From assembly GCA_963745835.1 (NCBI GenBank), contig CAVUZH010000013.1:352001-416000 (forward strand): DNA of 64,000 nt, in the 5' to 3' direction. Within the stretch, counting starts at the first letter, position 1. Every line of letters begins with the position of its first letter. A model generated the notes under the pieces. It did not search any database. It was not told the origin of the DNA and saw only the letters and a list, made by a program, of their open reading frames with translations. The translations under genes were made by a program, and so were the position numbers. Below are positions 61,099 through 64,000 of this stretch, piece after piece. Source of the DNA: an uncultured delta proteobacterium. GTDB lineage: Bacteria; Desulfobacterota; Binatia; UBA9968.

Positions 61099-61947
61099 TC
61101 ATGACTGTTGGCGAGAAAACTCGATTATTCTGTCGCAAACTTCACGGGTGGTCTGCTCCAATGGCGACACATTCCAAAAGCTCCCATTCGACAACAACTC
61201 GCGGAGATAATGCGCCGCAGAAGTGGCGTGGGACGCGTCGTCACCGGGAATGATGAGAGCCGGCGCGCTAATGCCAATAATCTCCTCGGGTGCCGCGCCG
61301 GTGGCAGTGTCGCGATCGAACAAGCCTCTGCCGCTGACAGCAATAAGTCCGAGGTAACGATTCAAATCCGGACGGACAAAGTCCTCGGCAAATGATGGGT
61401 CGCGAGCAATCACGGAAGCCCAGGGACCGGCTTCGGGATCCATCCAAAAGCTTTTGCCGATTCTCGCGCGCTCGACAACGCCGGGCAGACCATGGCTGCT
61501 GGCGTAGCGGTAATGGCGCTCAAATCGATCGCGACCGGTGGCTTTCCACCGAAAACCACCGACCGGCCAGTGCAGCAAGAGCGCGCGGGTCGCCTCCGGG
61601 TAATCAACCGCGAATGCCAGTGCCACCGAACAACCCAAACACCCGCCCAGGACGAGCGCAGATTCAATCTTGAGCTGATCCAGTAACGCTTTTGCCTGCC
61701 GCGCATAGGTGCGCCAGCTGAGGTGTTCGACTCTTCCTCCGGATTGTCCGGATTCGCGCCGATCGTAGACAATCACTTGAAATTGAGTTGCCAGCGCATC
61801 CAGGGCATCGATGCCGGTCCAGGCGCTGGCGGCGCGCCATTTCTCTATCGTTGCATCAAATCCGCCGGGGGCAAACAATAACAGCGGAGCACCGGACCCG
61901 GAGACTTCGTAACGAACCTCCAATCCATCGATGGTTGCAGTTGACAT
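61099..61947 (-). CDS. Alpha/beta hydrolase with Cys at the nucleophile elbow
   Basis: YDRRESGQS; GGCLG in place of GxSxG. Confidence 0.82.
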   Translation of the reverse strand: MSTATIDGLEVRYEVSGSGAPLLLFAPGGFDATIEKWRAASAWTGIDALDALATQFQVIVYDRRESGQSGGRVEHLSWRTYARQAKALLDQLKIESALVLGGCLGCSVALAFAVDYPEATRALLLHWPVGGFRWKATGRDRFERHYRYASSHGLPGVVERARIGKSFWMDPEAGPWASVIARDPSFAEDFVRPDLNRYLGLIAVSGRGLFDRDTATGAAPEEIIGISAPALIIPGDDASHATSAAHYLRELLSNGSFWNVSPLEQTTREVCDRIIEFSRQQS

Positions 61948-62081
61948 TGATTCACTCCTTCGATTAAGGCTCTATTTGTATTAACCCGGCATTGCCACCG
62001 GAATCATTGCTTAGCAACGTAAGATCTAACACGCTGCTTCAAGCAATAAAATTCCGTGCCGCTCCGCTTCTCGGGGAGGTT

Positions 62082-62897
62082 ATGTCCGACGACAAAAAAG
62101 CTGGAGAAAAGTTTTCCGAGCTCTTGGAATTGATGGCCCAATTGCGCGGAGAGAACGGCTGCCCGTGGGATCGAGAGCAGACGCACCAAACATTGAAGTC
62201 GTTTTTGTTGGAAGAGACCCATGAGCTTCTCGATGCGCTTGCCGGCAACGATCCCGCCAAAATTGCCGAAGAATTATCCGACCTGCTGCATCAGATCGTC
62301 TTTCATTGTCAGATCGGCACCGAAAACGGCACATTTACCGCCAATCAAGTGATTAGCAACTTAGCGGCGAAGCTTATCCGGCGTCATCCACACGTCTTCG
62401 GCGGTGACGCCTTGCCTGATGCGGACGCCGTGACAAAACAGTGGACACAAATCAAAGCGCAAGAAAACCTTAGCGGCACGGCCAATTCAGCATTGGGCAG
62501 CCTGCCGAAATCCATGCCGGCGTTGGCACGTGCTCAAACTATTTCGGAGCGCGCCGCGCGGGTTGGTTTCGATTGGCCCAAGATAGAACCGGTGTGGCAA
62601 AAGGTGGAGGAGGAATTAAGTGAACTCAAATCCGCCTGTGCCTCCGGCGATCATCAACGAACCGGAGAGGAATTGGGCGATGTGTTTTTCTCATTGGTTA
62701 ATCTTGCGCGCTTTCTCGGGGTTCAGGCAGAAGAGGTTGCCAGTCAAACCACCGATAAATTCATTGAGAGGTTCAATTACCTAGAGGATCAGCTGCGGCA
62801 AGCGGGGAAATCCCCAAATCAATCCAGCCTGGAAGAAATGGATCAGTTGTGGGATGAAGCAAAAGCGCTCGAGCGGCGCGGGCGGCTTCGACGATGA
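62082..62897 (+). CDS. mazG: Nucleoside triphosphate pyrophosphohydrolase MazG
   Basis: GCPWDREQT, EETHE, KLIRRHPHVFG, GFDW and EELGD motifs. Confidence 0.93.
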   Translation: MSDDKKAGEKFSELLELMAQLRGENGCPWDREQTHQTLKSFLLEETHELLDALAGNDPAKIAEELSDLLHQIVFHCQIGTENGTFTANQVISNLAAKLIRRHPHVFGGDALPDADAVTKQWTQIKAQENLSGTANSALGSLPKSMPALARAQTISERAARVGFDWPKIEPVWQKVEEELSELKSACASGDHQRTGEELGDVFFSLVNLARFLGVQAEEVASQTTDKFIERFNYLEDQLRQAGKSPNQSSLEEMDQLWDEAKALERRGRLRR

Positions 62898-63865
62898 CTT
62901 TGCCCAAGATTGTTTTCCTCGATGCCGCCACGTTCGGCGATGTTTCACTGGAACGCTTCGGCGAGATCGGCGATTGCAAAATTTACCAAGTCACCAAGCC
63001 AAGTGAGACCATTGGTCGATTGGCCGGTCAAGACATAGTGGTCACCAACAAACAACCCATCTCTGAGGCGGCTCTCGCCGCGCCGGAGTCGCAGAACTTG
63101 TCGTTGATCGCAGTGGCCGCTACGGGTACCGATATTATCGATCACACGGCAGCCCGTAAACGTAAGGTCAAGGTCTGCAATGTCCCGGGCTATGCCGCGC
63201 AGTCCGTGGCGCAGTTCACGATGGCGTTGATCTTAGAACTGGCTACTCACGCGGGCCGGTACGCTGCTGACGTCAAGGCCGGGATGTGGCAAAAAAGTCC
63301 GGTCTTCTCACTGCTGACGTATCCGAGTATCGAGCTCAGCGGCAGGACATTAGCTATCATTGGCTACGGTAATATCGGCCGCGAGGTTGCCCGGATGGCA
63401 CGGGGATTTGGTATGGAAGTGCTGGTGGCCGCTCGCCCGGGAGCAGCCAAACCGCCTGCCTCGCATCGAGTTCCCCTAGAGCAGTTGCTGCCGCAAGCTG
63501 ACATTGTATCACTGCACTGCGCACTAACGCCCCAGACAAAAAACCTGATCAATAATGAGACGCTTAGGTTGATGAAACCATCGGCAATCCTGATCAATAC
63601 CGCGCGCGGCGCTTTGGTTGAAGAAACAGCACTGATTCAGGCGCTGCGCGAGCAGCGCCTGGCCGCAGCTGCCTTGGATGTGATCACTGAGGAACCTCCA
63701 GCCGCGGATCACCCGATCATCGTGGCAGCGAGCGCACTGGACAATCTGCTGGTGACCCCGCACACGGCGTGGAGCGCCCGTCAAGCGCGAGAGCGGCTGC
63801 TAAGCGAGGTGGCCGAGAACATCTCGGCCTTTTTAGCTGGTAAAGATAGGAATCTGATCGGATAG
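62894..63865 (+). CDS. D-2-hydroxyacid dehydrogenase (glycerate dehydrogenase/hydroxypyruvate reductase-like)
   Basis: GYGNIG, INTARG, LDV...EP and TPHTAW motifs; ATGA overlap with mazG. Confidence 0.9.
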   Translation: MTLPKIVFLDAATFGDVSLERFGEIGDCKIYQVTKPSETIGRLAGQDIVVTNKQPISEAALAAPESQNLSLIAVAATGTDIIDHTAARKRKVKVCNVPGYAAQSVAQFTMALILELATHAGRYAADVKAGMWQKSPVFSLLTYPSIELSGRTLAIIGYGNIGREVARMARGFGMEVLVAARPGAAKPPASHRVPLEQLLPQADIVSLHCALTPQTKNLINNETLRLMKPSAILINTARGALVEETALIQALREQRLAAAALDVITEEPPAADHPIIVAASALDNLLVTPHTAWSARQARERLLSEVAENISAFLAGKDRNLIG

Positions 63866-63875
63866 GGACGAATCC

Positions 63876-64000
63876 TCAAAACGGTATGTCGTCATCGAAA
63901 GGTGGCTGTCCACCGCCAGTTGATATTTCCTCGGTGCCGCCACCTTCGACCTCCGGCGCCATTCGCGTGCCACCGCCGCCGCCAAGAAATCTAATGCGTT
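63876..64000 (-). CDS. ssb: Single-stranded DNA-binding protein, 3' end
   Basis: Manual translation RIRFLGGGGG...GGGQPPFDDDIPF*, the diagnostic SSB acidic tail. Confidence 0.88.
   Translation of the reverse strand, partial: RIRFLGGGGGTRMAPEVEGGGTEEISTGGGQPPFDDDIPF

Noticed and set aside
62082-62897. MazG as an anti-phage or TA-linked gene
   Set aside because: It is the housekeeping tandem-domain form, in an operon with a dehydrogenase and 24 kb from the mazEF relic.
1-64000. tRNA, rRNA, riboswitch, integrase or transposase
   Set aside because: None recognised by eye; a covariance-model scan would be needed to exclude small RNAs.

Overview
A bacterial chromosomal window of moderately high GC. 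The gene content suggests a deltaproteobacteria-like lineage such as Candidatus Binatia (inference only): many orphan NMT1/SsuA-type and TctC-type binding proteins, UbiD pairs, amidohydrolases and a zinc-ribbon/cyclase/AAA/TPR protein. Layout: (1) 1-5.4 kb: FIST fragment, ketopantoate reductase-like gene, GAF sigma54 activator, ABC binding protein, and a relic of a second activator. (2) 5.4-25.9 kb, minus strand: an NRPS locus. In transcription order it holds a sigma54-driven small secreted protein, an Sfp-type PPTase, a cyclase-AAA-TPR protein coupled to a starter A-T didomain, C-A(Gly)-T-C-A(Asn235 variant)-T, a docking-C-A(Ala)-T-C protein with an apparent ATA start, an S33-type hydrolase and a small basic protein. 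There is no TE domain. (3) 26-45 kb: a catabolic and transport region with a decayed mazEF module and GTTCAA repeats. (4) 45.2-47.3 kb: a self-contained two-gene unit of a membrane-anchored peptidoglycan amidase and a MamK-like actin, with no magnetosome genes in the window. This is the best candidate for an undescribed system. (5) 47.4-64 kb: SDR, binding protein, gloA, an extended YfhL-type ferredoxin, a GlrK/QseG/GlrR-like triad beside two sigma54 target genes, rmuC, aguA/aguB, hydrolases, mazG, a 2-hydroxyacid dehydrogenase and the 3' end of ssb. Single-base frameshifts are frequent, densest at 17.4-24.2 kb, and may be sequencing errors. All family calls come from motif recognition by eye; no searches were run.
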